Assembly: GCA_963675785.1 (NCBI GenBank)
Contig: OY776562.1
Span: 1,568,001-1,632,000 of the forward strand
DNA length: 64,000 nucleotides
Source: Anaerolineae bacterium
GTDB lineage: Bacteria; Chloroflexota; Anaerolineae; UBA1429
Reading direction: 5' to 3'
A program made the translations under genes and the position numbers. Every line of letters starts with the position of its first letter. Within the stretch, counting starts at the first letter, position 1. Under the pieces are notes generated by a model. The model saw nothing but the letters and a program-made list of their open reading frames with translations, was not told where the DNA came from and did no database searches. Below are positions 48,592 through 58,837 of this stretch, in pieces.

Positions 48592-50640
48592 ATGGAAAGA
48601 ATCTCTCGTCGTGACTTTGTGCGTGTAAGCACACTCGTAACTGCTGCCACAGTGGCTGCTGCTTGCACCCAACCTACTTCTACCCCCGCACCTACGGCCA
48701 CTACAGCGGCAGAGGCCACTACAGCGGCTACTGCGACATCTGCAGCAGCTGCCACGTCCGCACCCGAAGCAACAGCGACACCCGAACCCACAACTGCTAC
48801 TTCTGTATACAGTGAAGCGCCTTCCCTTGCCGAGTTGGTTGCTTCTGGCGATTTGCCCCCCGTCGAAGAGCGTTTGCCAGAAAATCCCGATGTGCAAGAA
48901 GTTCCAGATGTGATCGGCATTTATGGCGGCACCTGGCGACGCGGTTTCAAGGGCGTTTCTGACAAGTGGGGCCCCACCAAGATGGTGCGCAACAACCTCA
49001 CCTGGTACAACCTGGATCTCAGCGTACGTGCTTCCATCGCCGAATCATGGGAAATCAACGATGATGCCAGCGAATGGACCTTTAACCTACGCAAAGGCAT
49101 GAAATGGTCCGATGGCAGCGCCTTTACCAGCGAAAATTTTATGTGGTACTATGAGTACGATCTGCTGAATGAAGAACTGACCACAACGCCACTCAGCCAG
49201 TTCTCCACCGGAGATCCATTGGTGATGAGCACCTGGTCGGCACCCGACGACTATACCATCGTGATGACCTTTGCTGACCCGAACCCGCTGCTCGCCTACA
49301 ACGTCATCGGCCATCAGAACCCTCCCTTCCGCCCCAGCGAGTATATGAAGCAGTACCACATTGACTTTGTCGATGCGGACACGCTGAATGCCATGGCTGT
49401 AGAAGAAGGTTTCGAGACCTGGGTTGCCCTATACGATGACCGCGATTGGTGGTACATGGACGAGAATTGTCCGTGCATCTTCCCTTGGAAGCCAATGAAC
49501 ACCCTCGATAACGAGCTTTTTGTCATGGAGCGCAACCCTTACTTTTGGCAAGTCGATGCTGAAGGTAAACAACTACCCTACATTGACAAGGTGACTCACC
49601 GTCTGTACGAATCGACCGACGTTTTTAACATGTGGATTCTCAATGGTGAGATCGACTGCCAATCCCGTGGGGTTAATCTCAGCGATTTTACGCTCTTCAA
49701 AGAGAGTGAAGAGAGCGGAGATTTCAGCGTTATGACGGGTATCTCTGCCGGCCACTTTACCTTTACGCCCAACAACGCCTGCCAAGATACACGCCTGCGC
49801 GAGTTCTTTGGCGATGTCGACGTGCGCAAGGCCTTTTCTTTGGCCGCAAACCGCGAAGAGATCAACGAGATGGTCTATGATGGCCAGGGTACACCGCGCC
49901 AATACAGCCCGCTAAGTGTTTCGCCACAGTACTATCCCGAGCTATCTAATGCTTACATCGAGTACGATCCCGATGAAGCGAATTCCCTACTGGATGGCGC
50001 CGGCTATGACGCAAAAGATGCCGACGGTTATCGCACTTATAAAGATGGTTCTGGCGAAACCATCTCCCTAATCATCGAAGGTACAACCGAGGTTGGTCAG
50101 GATGACAACATCTTGATGCTGGTTTCATACTTTGACGCAGTAGGCATCAAGTGCCAGTACAAGTACGTTGAGCGTTCACTCTATACCGAGCACTATGAGG
50201 CCAACCAGGTAGATTGCACCTGTTGGGGCGGCGATCGCACACTTTTACCCATCGTCACGCCCACTATCTTTACCGGTGAGACATCAGACCGTCCGTGGGC
50301 CGGAGCCTGGGGCCTCTGGAAGAACGACAATGCTGACCCCAACGGTGAAGAGCCACCTGCAGATCATTGGATCTGGACCATCTGGAACACCATGAGCGAG
50401 ATCAATGTCGAACCGGATGATGCCACTCGCACCGCCATGTTCAAATCCGGTGTTCTGGATATCTGGAAGGAACAGCTACCCATGATCGGTTACCTGGGTG
50501 AGTTCATTTCGCTGGTCATTGTCAAGAACGGTATGCGTAACTATCTCAGTGGTTACCCCAACGACGACAATACCAAGAGCGAGCACATTCTGCCGAGTCA
50601 AACCATCTTCTGGGAAGACCCAAAAGAGCACACCTCCTAG
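48592..50640 (+). CDS. family 5 ABC substrate-binding lipoprotein (Tat), copy 4
   Basis: Paralog; MERISRRDF. Confidence 0.93.
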   Translation: MERISRRDFVRVSTLVTAATVAAACTQPTSTPAPTATTAAEATTAATATSAAAATSAPEATATPEPTTATSVYSEAPSLAELVASGDLPPVEERLPENPDVQEVPDVIGIYGGTWRRGFKGVSDKWGPTKMVRNNLTWYNLDLSVRASIAESWEINDDASEWTFNLRKGMKWSDGSAFTSENFMWYYEYDLLNEELTTTPLSQFSTGDPLVMSTWSAPDDYTIVMTFADPNPLLAYNVIGHQNPPFRPSEYMKQYHIDFVDADTLNAMAVEEGFETWVALYDDRDWWYMDENCPCIFPWKPMNTLDNELFVMERNPYFWQVDAEGKQLPYIDKVTHRLYESTDVFNMWILNGEIDCQSRGVNLSDFTLFKESEESGDFSVMTGISAGHFTFTPNNACQDTRLREFFGDVDVRKAFSLAANREEINEMVYDGQGTPRQYSPLSVSPQYYPELSNAYIEYDPDEANSLLDGAGYDAKDADGYRTYKDGSGETISLIIEGTTEVGQDDNILMLVSYFDAVGIKCQYKYVERSLYTEHYEANQVDCTCWGGDRTLLPIVTPTIFTGETSDRPWAGAWGLWKNDNADPNGEEPPADHWIWTIWNTMSEINVEPDDATRTAMFKSGVLDIWKEQLPMIGYLGEFISLVIVKNGMRNYLSGYPNDDNTKSEHILPSQTIFWEDPKEHTS

Positions 50641-50655
50641 TAGAGAGCAAGCAAA

Positions 50656-50692
50656 AGTATAAAGGGCGATCCTAAGGATCGCCCTTTATACT
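50656..50692 (+). terminator. terminator-like hairpin after copy 4
   Basis: AGTATAAAGGGCGATCC-taa-GGATCGCCCTTTATACT. Confidence 0.8.
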
Positions 50693-50837
50693 GGGGCATG
50701 GTATTTCAGGCCATATAGCTTATGTTCCACAAAAGACTAGTTCTACTGCTTATGCGTTTGTAAGAATAAAGCCTAAAAATTATCTCGTTTCTTTAAGCTT
50801 TATTATCTAAAATAGAGGAGTAGGCAACAAAATACGC

Positions 50838-50866
50838 TTGCGAATACTCAAAGGCACTCTTATATT
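50838..50866 (+). promoter_or_regulatory. sigma70 promoter, copy 5
   Basis: TTGCGA-N17-TATATT; short leader with a GTGTCA-GAAA-TGGCAC hairpin. Confidence 0.55.
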
Positions 50867-50927
50867 AACAAAGTGTCAGAAATGGCACATCACTTTGCTG
50901 TGTGTTAGTTAATATTAGGAGAAAGAA

Positions 50928-52967
50928 ATGTTCAAAATTTCTCGTCGCGAGTTTGTGCGCATCTCGGCACTGACTGGAGCCGCCACAGTGGCTGCAGCCT
51001 GTGCCAATCCCACAGCCACCCCCGCCCCTGAAGCAACTACTGCTCCTATCGCTACCACAGCCCCGACTGGTAGCAATACAGGTTCTGAAGCAACTCCGAC
51101 CACTGCTGCTTCCATTTCCTCTTTCAGCGAAGCTCCTATGTTGGCCGAATTGGTTGCCTCGGGTGATCTTCCTCCCGTCGAAGACCGTCTGCCAGAAAAC
51201 CCCGTTGTGCTTCCCGTCAAAGAGAGCCTGGGCGTTTATGGTGGTACCTGGCGCCGTGCTTTCAGGGGAACTTCGGACGCCACTGGCATGACTTATTTGA
51301 ACTGGAACAGCCTCACACGGTTTAATGAAGACCTGACCATCGCCCCGATGTTGGCCGAATCCTGGGATATGAATGAGGATGCCACCGTCTGGACTTGGCA
51401 CCTTCGTAAGGGCACCAAGTGGTCTGACGGTACGCCCCTAACCACCGAGCACACCCAATGGTGGTGGGATAACTTTGCCAACGACAAAGAGCTCAACCCT
51501 GCTGGTATCGCTGCTTACAAAACAGGCTCTGGCGATGATCAGCAGATGTGCGAACTCAGCGTTGAGGATGACTTTACCTTTATCTTTACCTTTGCGCACC
51601 CCAATCCTCTCTTTGGATTCAAGGTGATCTGGCGCGAGTTCCCCATGATGCCCGGTTACTATCTCGAACAGTTTCATCCCACCTTTACCGATGAGGGTGC
51701 GTTGGAGGCCATGATCACAGAAGAAGGCTATTCCAGCTGGGTTGACTTTTTCGAGGGCAAGCGCCAAGAGCATACCAACCCTGGGGTTCCTCGATTGGAT
51801 GTATGGCTCTATACCAATGATATCGTCAACGAACTCGTCATTACCGAACGTAATCCCTATTGCTGGATGGTCGATGAAGAGGGGAATCAGCTGCCTTATA
51901 TCGACTATGTCAACTATCGCCTCTACGAAACACCTGACGTCCTCAACATGTGGCTCGTCAATGGCGAAATTGACCTGCAGGCCCGAAATGTTGACGTGGG
52001 TAACTTTACCCTGCTCAAAGAGAACGAAGCAGATGGCAACTATCAAGTTGTCGTAGGCGTTGAGCCCTCTCACGTCGCTGTATCACTCAACCTGACCTCG
52101 CAGAACGAAGTATTACGCAAGTTCTTTAACGAGCGTGATGTCCGCTTTGCACTCAACTTTGCGGTAAACCGTGAAGAATTGAATGAGCTCGTCTACGACG
52201 GTCTGATGACCCCACGTCAGTACAGCCCTGTCGAAAAATCGGCCCAGTTCTATCCCGATCAAGCCTTTGCCAACATCGAATTCGACCCAGACAAGGCCAA
52301 TGATTTGCTTGATGGTGCTGGCTATGATCAACGAGATAGCGAAGGCTACCGTGTGGACCCTGATACGGGAGAAACCGTGTTCTTCGCAGTCGAAGGCATT
52401 GAAGCAGCCGGCACTCCTTACGAAGACGCCATGCAGTTGATCGTCAAATACTATGGTGATGTGGGCGTCAAGTGTGCCTACAAGTATACCGAACGCTCAC
52501 TGTACGAATCGCGCGAAGCAGCCAACGAGATGGACTGCGGTTCATTCAGCGCAGACCGCACGGTCATGCCCTTCCTTGCAGGGGATAACGACAGCATCTT
52601 TACCGGCACCAATACTCAGCGCCCCTGGGCCTGTGCCTGGGCACTGTGGCATAACAATCCGGAAGATCCCAATGGTCAAGAACCTCCTGCGGATCACTGG
52701 ATCCTTGACATGTGGAATCTCTGGAACGAATCCATGGTCGAGCCTGATTCTGACACACGCAACGAGCTTTTCTTCCAAATCCTCGATATCTGGAAGGAAG
52801 AGATGCCCATGCAGGGTTACCTGGGTGAGATGCCCGCGCTGGCTATCATGCACAACGACATGAGAAACTATGCTGCTGGTTATCCCATCGGCTGGTTGAC
52901 CCACGGCCTCTCACTGTTGAACGCTTCGACGTTCTATTTTGAGAACGGCGCCGAGCACAACGCATAG
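50928..52967 (+). CDS. family 5 ABC substrate-binding lipoprotein (Tat), copy 5 (most divergent)
   Basis: Same framework motifs with different putative pocket segments. Confidence 0.93.
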   Translation: MFKISRREFVRISALTGAATVAAACANPTATPAPEATTAPIATTAPTGSNTGSEATPTTAASISSFSEAPMLAELVASGDLPPVEDRLPENPVVLPVKESLGVYGGTWRRAFRGTSDATGMTYLNWNSLTRFNEDLTIAPMLAESWDMNEDATVWTWHLRKGTKWSDGTPLTTEHTQWWWDNFANDKELNPAGIAAYKTGSGDDQQMCELSVEDDFTFIFTFAHPNPLFGFKVIWREFPMMPGYYLEQFHPTFTDEGALEAMITEEGYSSWVDFFEGKRQEHTNPGVPRLDVWLYTNDIVNELVITERNPYCWMVDEEGNQLPYIDYVNYRLYETPDVLNMWLVNGEIDLQARNVDVGNFTLLKENEADGNYQVVVGVEPSHVAVSLNLTSQNEVLRKFFNERDVRFALNFAVNREELNELVYDGLMTPRQYSPVEKSAQFYPDQAFANIEFDPDKANDLLDGAGYDQRDSEGYRVDPDTGETVFFAVEGIEAAGTPYEDAMQLIVKYYGDVGVKCAYKYTERSLYESREAANEMDCGSFSADRTVMPFLAGDNDSIFTGTNTQRPWACAWALWHNNPEDPNGQEPPADHWILDMWNLWNESMVEPDSDTRNELFFQILDIWKEEMPMQGYLGEMPALAIMHNDMRNYAAGYPIGWLTHGLSLLNASTFYFENGAEHNA

Positions 52968-53002
52968 TAAAATCTATGCCTAGCAAAACGCTAGAAATAG
53001 AA

Positions 53003-53036
53003 AACAAGGGCTGCGCGCTAGCGCGCAGCCCTTGTT
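53003..53036. terminator. bidirectional terminator, perfect 34-bp palindrome
   Basis: AACAAGGGCTGCGCGCTAGCGCGCAGCCCTTGTT between convergent genes. Confidence 0.85.
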
Positions 53037-53055
53037 GCTTTAGATTTCCAGAAAC

Positions 53056-53835
53056 CTAGTCAGCGCAGATATTGTAAGCCGCCTCCAGAGCCGCCATGCG
53101 ATCTCCCAGAGGGGTGAACTCGTGCCCCACATAGCCAGCATAATCCGTTGAATCAATCGCACGGCAAATACCCGTATAATTCAGTTCCTGGGTATCATCC
53201 ATGTCATTGCGGCCAGGATTACCCGCAGTATGAAAATGGCCAATCCACTGAATATTCTTGCGCAAAGTGCGAATAATGTCGCCCTCCATAATCTGCATGT
53301 GGTAAATATCGAACAGCAGTTTAAAAGAGGGGCTGTTTACCATCTCGCAAAGGGCTATTCCCCAGTCGGTATGATCGCACTGATAGCCAGGGTGATCCAC
53401 CTTGGAATTGAGCAACTCCATGTTCAGGGTAATGCCCTTTTTTTCGGCATAAGGCACCACCCTGCGCAGGCCGTGGGCGCAGGTAACCATGCCCTCGTAA
53501 TCGCTCTGGCCGGGGTTGCGGTTACCGCTAAAGCAGATCATCGAGGGAATGCCCAGGTCAGCGGCTTGATCAATAGAAGCGCGCAGCTCGGCCTCGATGC
53601 GATCGTGGTTCCCCGCCTTGTTGAGGCCATCAGGCAAGCTGGCATGGCCCACCATGCTGGCCACCGCCAGGCCGTTTTTACCAGCCGTAGCCACAATACC
53701 CTCTAGGTTCTGCACGCCTGCCATCACCTCGATGGCGCTGTAACCAATCGCAGCAATACGGGCGCAAAACGCATCAAACGTGCCCCAATCCTCACGGTAG
53801 AATATCGGCAAAACCAAGCACTGCTTTACAGACAT
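53056..53835 (-). CDS. hydroxypyruvate isomerase-family TIM barrel protein
   Basis: MELLNS, LLFDIYHMQIMEGD, HFHTAGNPGR, ELNY, GHEF. Confidence 0.88.
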   Translation of the reverse strand: MSVKQCLVLPIFYREDWGTFDAFCARIAAIGYSAIEVMAGVQNLEGIVATAGKNGLAVASMVGHASLPDGLNKAGNHDRIEAELRASIDQAADLGIPSMICFSGNRNPGQSDYEGMVTCAHGLRRVVPYAEKKGITLNMELLNSKVDHPGYQCDHTDWGIALCEMVNSPSFKLLFDIYHMQIMEGDIIRTLRKNIQWIGHFHTAGNPGRNDMDDTQELNYTGICRAIDSTDYAGYVGHEFTPLGDRMAALEAAYNICAD

Positions 53836-54019
53836 TGTATCTCCTTTTTCATTGCGCCCTTACAAAGCCAAGCCAGAGCCGACTCAATTATGTAGGATCT
53901 CTGTATTATGTCAAATAGATGTTGCTTCCCAACAGAGAGTATACCCTTTGTGGTGAAAAACTCCTTTGCGGGTATACTCTCTGTTCTTCTTGGACAAACC
54001 CGAGTTGAGTCCCAGTCTC

Positions 54020-55903
54020 TTACTCGATCGAAAAGATCATCTGATAGGCGACCGTTTCGGGAATCGCTGCTTTGAGGCTGACACGGTAGAGGGTATCTCC
54101 CCACACTTGAAGCAGGCGAGCATCCTGAATAGCAATCGGCGTGATCACCACTTGGAACAAGTTGGCATCATACTGCATGAGCAACCGACGAGGGCTGGTG
54201 GCAAAAGCCAAAACGCCCGGCGCTATTTGCTCTACAGCAGGATGCGCATAAAGGCGAACCTCAAAATCGACAGTAGGCACAGCACGCTCGACTTTGTCAC
54301 TAACTATAATGGTTCCAGTCGAGCGATCAAGCGTCAGCGTACGGCGAACATGTTTGAGGCCGGCTGTCTCGGGATAGGCTCGCGCCATATCTGTGGCAAA
54401 CGTATCTACCAGCCCATCTGTGCTAAACCGCGTATCGCAAGCCTCATACTGGCGGCCTGCCAGCTGTTCAATGCCGTCAAATAGCGGGGCGTTATGCCCG
54501 TTGCCGCGAATGCACCACAGGTCATAGCGGCGATCACTAAAGGTTTGCCGGGTATATTCTTCCGTACCCAGATCAATAATCCCGGGCTGACCGTCGAGCA
54601 TGACGGTAAAGTGCCCTACATCGTTGTGGTTATGTGAAGCATCGTTATGGCTGCCCTTGATAGCCGCTACCAGCCCCTGCCCCGGCACCGAGCTCTGGCG
54701 CAGCACAGCTACCTGGAGATCGGGCAAATAACGGGTAAGCGGGCGAGAAAGATTGAGCGGTGCAGCGTCGGCTGGAATCCAGTTGAGTTCAGTAAGAGCG
54801 GCAAACAAGGCTTCTCCGCCCGATACCGCCAAAGGCGGATCAACCTCTCCCTCTGGATCCCAGTTACGCATGCCCAGAAGCGCCAGATCCATCATCTCTG
54901 GTGCATCGACGCGTTTACCATAGCAATAGACTACTGCACGCCGGGGGCTGCTGGCCGCTGGCGCATCCGAAAAGTTGGTGAACCAGGGACCATCCAGATG
55001 AGCCGTGGTGAGAAAAGTGCCCATATTTCGAATAAGGGGCTCATCGTACACCGAAACGGCGCCGTTGCTGCGTGAATACAGCAGCTCTAGTTGAATGAGC
55101 AGCGCGCCCGCAGCCACACCCCAGTAGGTAGGGCCTTCATCACAGCCACCATCTGGGGCGTACCCGGCAATGAATCGATCGCAGGCTACGTTCATGCGGT
55201 CAGCAAAGGCTGCTAGGCGATTCACATCGTCCCAGATGAACATAGCGGCGCCAAGACAGTTGGAGGTACACCAGGGTGTCCAGTTGTTGCGACCCGATAA
55301 CCACCAAAAATCGTCACGACTCTCGACCGGAAGGAGCACCTGAGTCTCCACCTGTTGAATGAGGCGCTCGCAGACCACGGGAGAAACGCGGTCGAGCTCG
55401 GGGCCCAAAAGGCGGTAGATGAGCCCCAAGAACTGGGCAGTTTGAGTAGCAAAGAGGTCTACACTCTGATTAGCCAAGTCGATAGAAGGCAACAAACCGT
55501 TGGGGCCTTTGATGCTGTGCGCCGGAATGATCCAGGTAGTTTCTTCGCAAACGGCCCAAATACCATTGATGATTTCATCGATAAAACGACCCTTGTACTC
55601 GTAGCACTCGGCCAACACAAGCTCTGCCAGGCGCTGCCGCCGGGTAAAATAGACATCCTCATAATTGCTGCGATTGCCGTTGCTACCAAATTGCATATAC
55701 AAACTGGCCGGAAGTGCCAGCCAAGGTCCCGCTAAAGCAGCCTCACCCAGAGCAATAGCCCGGGCCCTACGAATAGCATTCAAACGTCCTTCAGAAAAGC
55801 CTTTCCAGGCCGCCCGGTTGGCTGCTGGGGGAAAATCAGTCCATTCGGCACGAGGCACAAAAGTCTTGCGCAAAATCTCGAGGTTGTAACGTTCCCTGAT
55901 CAT
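54020..55903 (-). CDS. heparinase II/III-family polysaccharide lyase
   Basis: NNWTPW, DGGCDEGPTYW, NFSD, SHNHNDVG, GHN; no signal peptide. Confidence 0.85.
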   Translation of the reverse strand: MIRERYNLEILRKTFVPRAEWTDFPPAANRAAWKGFSEGRLNAIRRARAIALGEAALAGPWLALPASLYMQFGSNGNRSNYEDVYFTRRQRLAELVLAECYEYKGRFIDEIINGIWAVCEETTWIIPAHSIKGPNGLLPSIDLANQSVDLFATQTAQFLGLIYRLLGPELDRVSPVVCERLIQQVETQVLLPVESRDDFWWLSGRNNWTPWCTSNCLGAAMFIWDDVNRLAAFADRMNVACDRFIAGYAPDGGCDEGPTYWGVAAGALLIQLELLYSRSNGAVSVYDEPLIRNMGTFLTTAHLDGPWFTNFSDAPAASSPRRAVVYCYGKRVDAPEMMDLALLGMRNWDPEGEVDPPLAVSGGEALFAALTELNWIPADAAPLNLSRPLTRYLPDLQVAVLRQSSVPGQGLVAAIKGSHNDASHNHNDVGHFTVMLDGQPGIIDLGTEEYTRQTFSDRRYDLWCIRGNGHNAPLFDGIEQLAGRQYEACDTRFSTDGLVDTFATDMARAYPETAGLKHVRRTLTLDRSTGTIIVSDKVERAVPTVDFEVRLYAHPAVEQIAPGVLAFATSPRRLLMQYDANLFQVVITPIAIQDARLLQVWGDTLYRVSLKAAIPETVAYQMIFSIE

Positions 55904-55938
55904 TTTGCCTACCTTCTTTTATAATCACGGTTTATGCG

Positions 55939-56082
55939 AGCATTCTAGTACGCAAATCACGCATGTCTAGCATCCGGCAACAGATATTTTTTCCATACAG
56001 ACTGACCAAGCATTCGAGTACGCAAATTACACATATCTAGCTTGACAAGATGACTGAAAAACGATGTGACTTTTGCGTATTC
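55939..56082. repeat. 33-bp direct repeat (2 copies) plus inverted partial copy, candidate operator set
   Basis: 55939-55971 and 56009-56041 match at 29/33; inverted copy at 56063-56082 shares the TACGCAAA core. Confidence 0.7.
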
Positions 56083-56283
56083 CCATCCGAGATCTCATCT
56101 CGACTAGACCGATAAACAACATAGTGAAACAGTAACTGACGATTTAGTAGCTATTTCTGCCAATTCTTTGTTGGGGAAAGGTGGCTAAAGGGCGTGGTAA
56201 TGTTTTGTATTCATGCATGATTATGCCTATCATTTATAGGTAGTATTACTTTATAATATGTTTTATGGTCATATGCGTTTTAC

Positions 56284-56422
56284 TTGACACTCTAGGCCAT
56301 GTGCTTAGAATCAAGGCATATTTCCAGGGACTGGCATCAACGCGTTGCCCGCTCAGATAGTGAACGTAATAGTCTGTTTGGAAAAAAAGTTGATAGTTGG
56401 CCATAGTTTGAGGGAGTTGGAA
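56284..56422 (+). promoter_or_regulatory. promoter plus type-B leader, copy 6
   Basis: TTGACA-N16-TAGAAT; CTGGCATC-N6-TTGCCCGC; TCTGTTTGGA; AGTTGATAGTTGGCC. Confidence 0.62.
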
Positions 56423-58437
56423 ATGCAAAAAGTTACACGTCGAGACTTTGTAAGGGTTGCAGCACTAACAGGCGCCGCCACTGTGGCAGCCGCCTGTGCG
56501 CAACCAACCGCTACACCTGAACCCGCAGCTACCACCGCTCCAGAGGCTACAACTGCCGCACCTTCGACCGAACCCACAACCGCCCCTGTAATATCCGCGT
56601 ACAGTGAGGCCCCCATGTTGGCAGAGTTGGTCGCCACTGGTGATCTGCCCCCTGTCGAAGAGCGTCTCCCAGAGAATCCTGATGTTATGCCGGTTGTTGA
56701 ATCAGTCGGCGTCTACGGCGGCACCATCCGCCGCGGTTTCAAGGGTGTCTCGGACAAGTGGGGACCCACCAAGATGGTGCGCAATTGCCTTACCTGGTAC
56801 AACCTAGATCTAACCGTGCGTGCCAGTTTGGCAGAGTCCTGGAGATCAATGAGGACGCCAGCGAGTGGACTTGGCACCTTCGTCCAGGCACCAAGTGGTC
56901 TGATGGTAGCAACTTTACCAGCGCAGACTTTACCTGGTATTACCAGTACCATCTGCTGAACACAGACATCACCCCGGCACCACTAAGTCAGTTCTCCACG
57001 GGTAACCCGCTGGTCTGGTCCGAGTGGACAGCTCCTGACGACTATACCGTCGTTATGACCTTTGCCGACCCGAACCCGCTCTTTTCCTTCAAGGTGATCG
57101 GCCATCAGAATCCGCCCTTCCGCCCCAGCGAGTACGCCAAGCAATATCATCCCGATTTTGTGGACGAAGAAACTCTCAATGCCATGGCGGTAGAAGAGGG
57201 CTTCCAGACCTGGGCCGACCTTTACACCGACCGTGACTGGTGGTACATGGACGAGACGCGTCCTTGTATCTTCCCTTGGAAGCCGAGCAACACACTCGAT
57301 AACGAGTTGTTCGTCATGGAGCGCAACCCCTATTTTTGGCAGGTGGACCCCGAAGGCAATCAGTTGCCCTACGTTGACAAAGTAACTCACCGCCTGTTTG
57401 AAACACCTGACGTGTTCAACATGTGGATCGTCAACGGCGAAATCGACTTTCAGTATCGCCATGTCGATAAGGGTAACTTTACGCTCTTTAAGGAAAGCGA
57501 AGAGTCCGGCGCCTATACCGTCTCTATCGGCACAGTAGCCAACCACTTTTGCTTTACGCCCAACCTCGCCAGCCAGGACGAGCGCTTCCGCGCCTTTTTT
57601 GGCAGCTTAGATGTTCGCAAGGCCCTTTCTCTGGCTGTGAACCGTGACGAGCTTAACGAACTGGTTTACGACGGCCTAGGAACACCCCGTCAGTACAGCC
57701 CGCTAAGCATGTCTCCGAATGCATATCCTGAGCAGGCCGACGCCTACATCGAGTACGATCCTGAGACGGCTGCAGAGCTCCTCGATGGCGCAGGTTACGA
57801 TGCCAAGGACGCTGAAGGCTATCGCGTCTTTAACGATGGCTCCAATGAGACCATCTCGATGACCATTGAGAGCACCTTTGAAGCCGGCTCGCCGGACGAA
57901 GACGCTGTTCAGCTCTTGATCAAGTACTTTGGTGATGTGGGCATCAAGGCGCAGTACAAGTACGTTGAGCGCTCGCTTTATACCGAGCACTATGAATCCA
58001 ACCAAGTTATTGCCACTTCTTGGGGTGGAGACCGTACAGTTATGCCTACCGTTACCCCTGACATCTTTGAGGGTTCTACGGCAGATCGCCCATGGGCTGG
58101 TGCTTGGACTTTGTGGAAGCTCAATCCTACGGATCCGAACGGCGAAGAGCCCCCTGCGGATCATTGGATTTGGACCATCTGGAACGCGATGGATGCCGTC
58201 AAGGTCGAGACAGACGAAGAAACTCGTAATGAGCTGTTCAGAACAGGCGTCTTGGACGTTTGGAAGGAACAGTTGCCCATGATCGGTTACCTGGGTGAAT
58301 TCCCGGCGTTGACGATTCTCAAGGAAGGCCTGCACAACTATCTGCCGGGCTTCCCCAACGACGACATCACCAAGGACGAGCACCTTCAGGGCCCCCAGAC
58401 ACTTTACTGGGATACCCCCGAAGAACACACCTCCTGA
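56423..58437 (+). pseudogene. family 5 SBP copy 6, frameshifted (or sequencing error)
   Basis: TCC TGG AGA TCA at about 56841 versus TGG GAG ATC in copy 7: one G missing. Both halves are otherwise intact. Confidence 0.8.
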
Positions 58438-58448
58438 TCTTTGTTTGC

Positions 58449-58484
58449 AAAGGAGAGCAGCCATACGGCTGCTCTCCTTTTTTT
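58449..58484 (+). terminator. intrinsic terminator after copy 6
   Basis: AAAGGAGAGCAGCC-atac-GGCTGCTCTCCTTTTTTT. Confidence 0.88.
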
Positions 58485-58697
58485 CTTACCTCGATAAAAG
58501 CAAGGCTCTATACATTATGCACTTGGCATGTCAGAGTCGCCCCCGATCGTAAACTTGTATGAAGCAAGAATGCTCCGCTCCGACTAGGAGTTTCGACCAA
58601 ATACAACGATCCTACCTTGTCAAACACCCTCCGCTATATCATCCAAAAGATGCCCTATCTGATGTCGTTTTGGCCCATATTTTCCGAGCAAGTGCCT

Positions 58698-58837
58698 TTG
58701 ACAAATAAGTGATAACACCTACAATCACTAGGATGTTTGTTAGGGACTGGCATCGGCTTGTTGCCCGCCAGAAGAGCAAAATGATAGTCTGTTTGGACAA
58801 AAAGTTGATAGTCGGTCATAGTTTGAGGGAGTTTGAG
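58698..58837 (+). promoter_or_regulatory. promoter plus type-B leader, copy 7
   Basis: TTGACA-N16-TACAAT and the same leader blocks as copy 6. Confidence 0.62.

Noticed and set aside
55939-56110. CRISPR array (33-bp repeat, 37-bp spacer)
   Set aside because: Only two imperfect direct copies, the third related copy is inverted, no typical GAAA(C/G) end, and no cas genes in the window.
56331-56352. Sigma54 promoter TGGCA..TTGC in type-B leaders
   Set aside because: GG-to-GC spacing is 12 nt rather than the required 10, and a good sigma70 promoter lies just upstream.
56327-56360. ZTP riboswitch (GACTGGC and GCCCGCCTG-like words)
   Set aside because: The intervening P1/P2 domain and terminal UGGGC are missing, and gene context does not fit.
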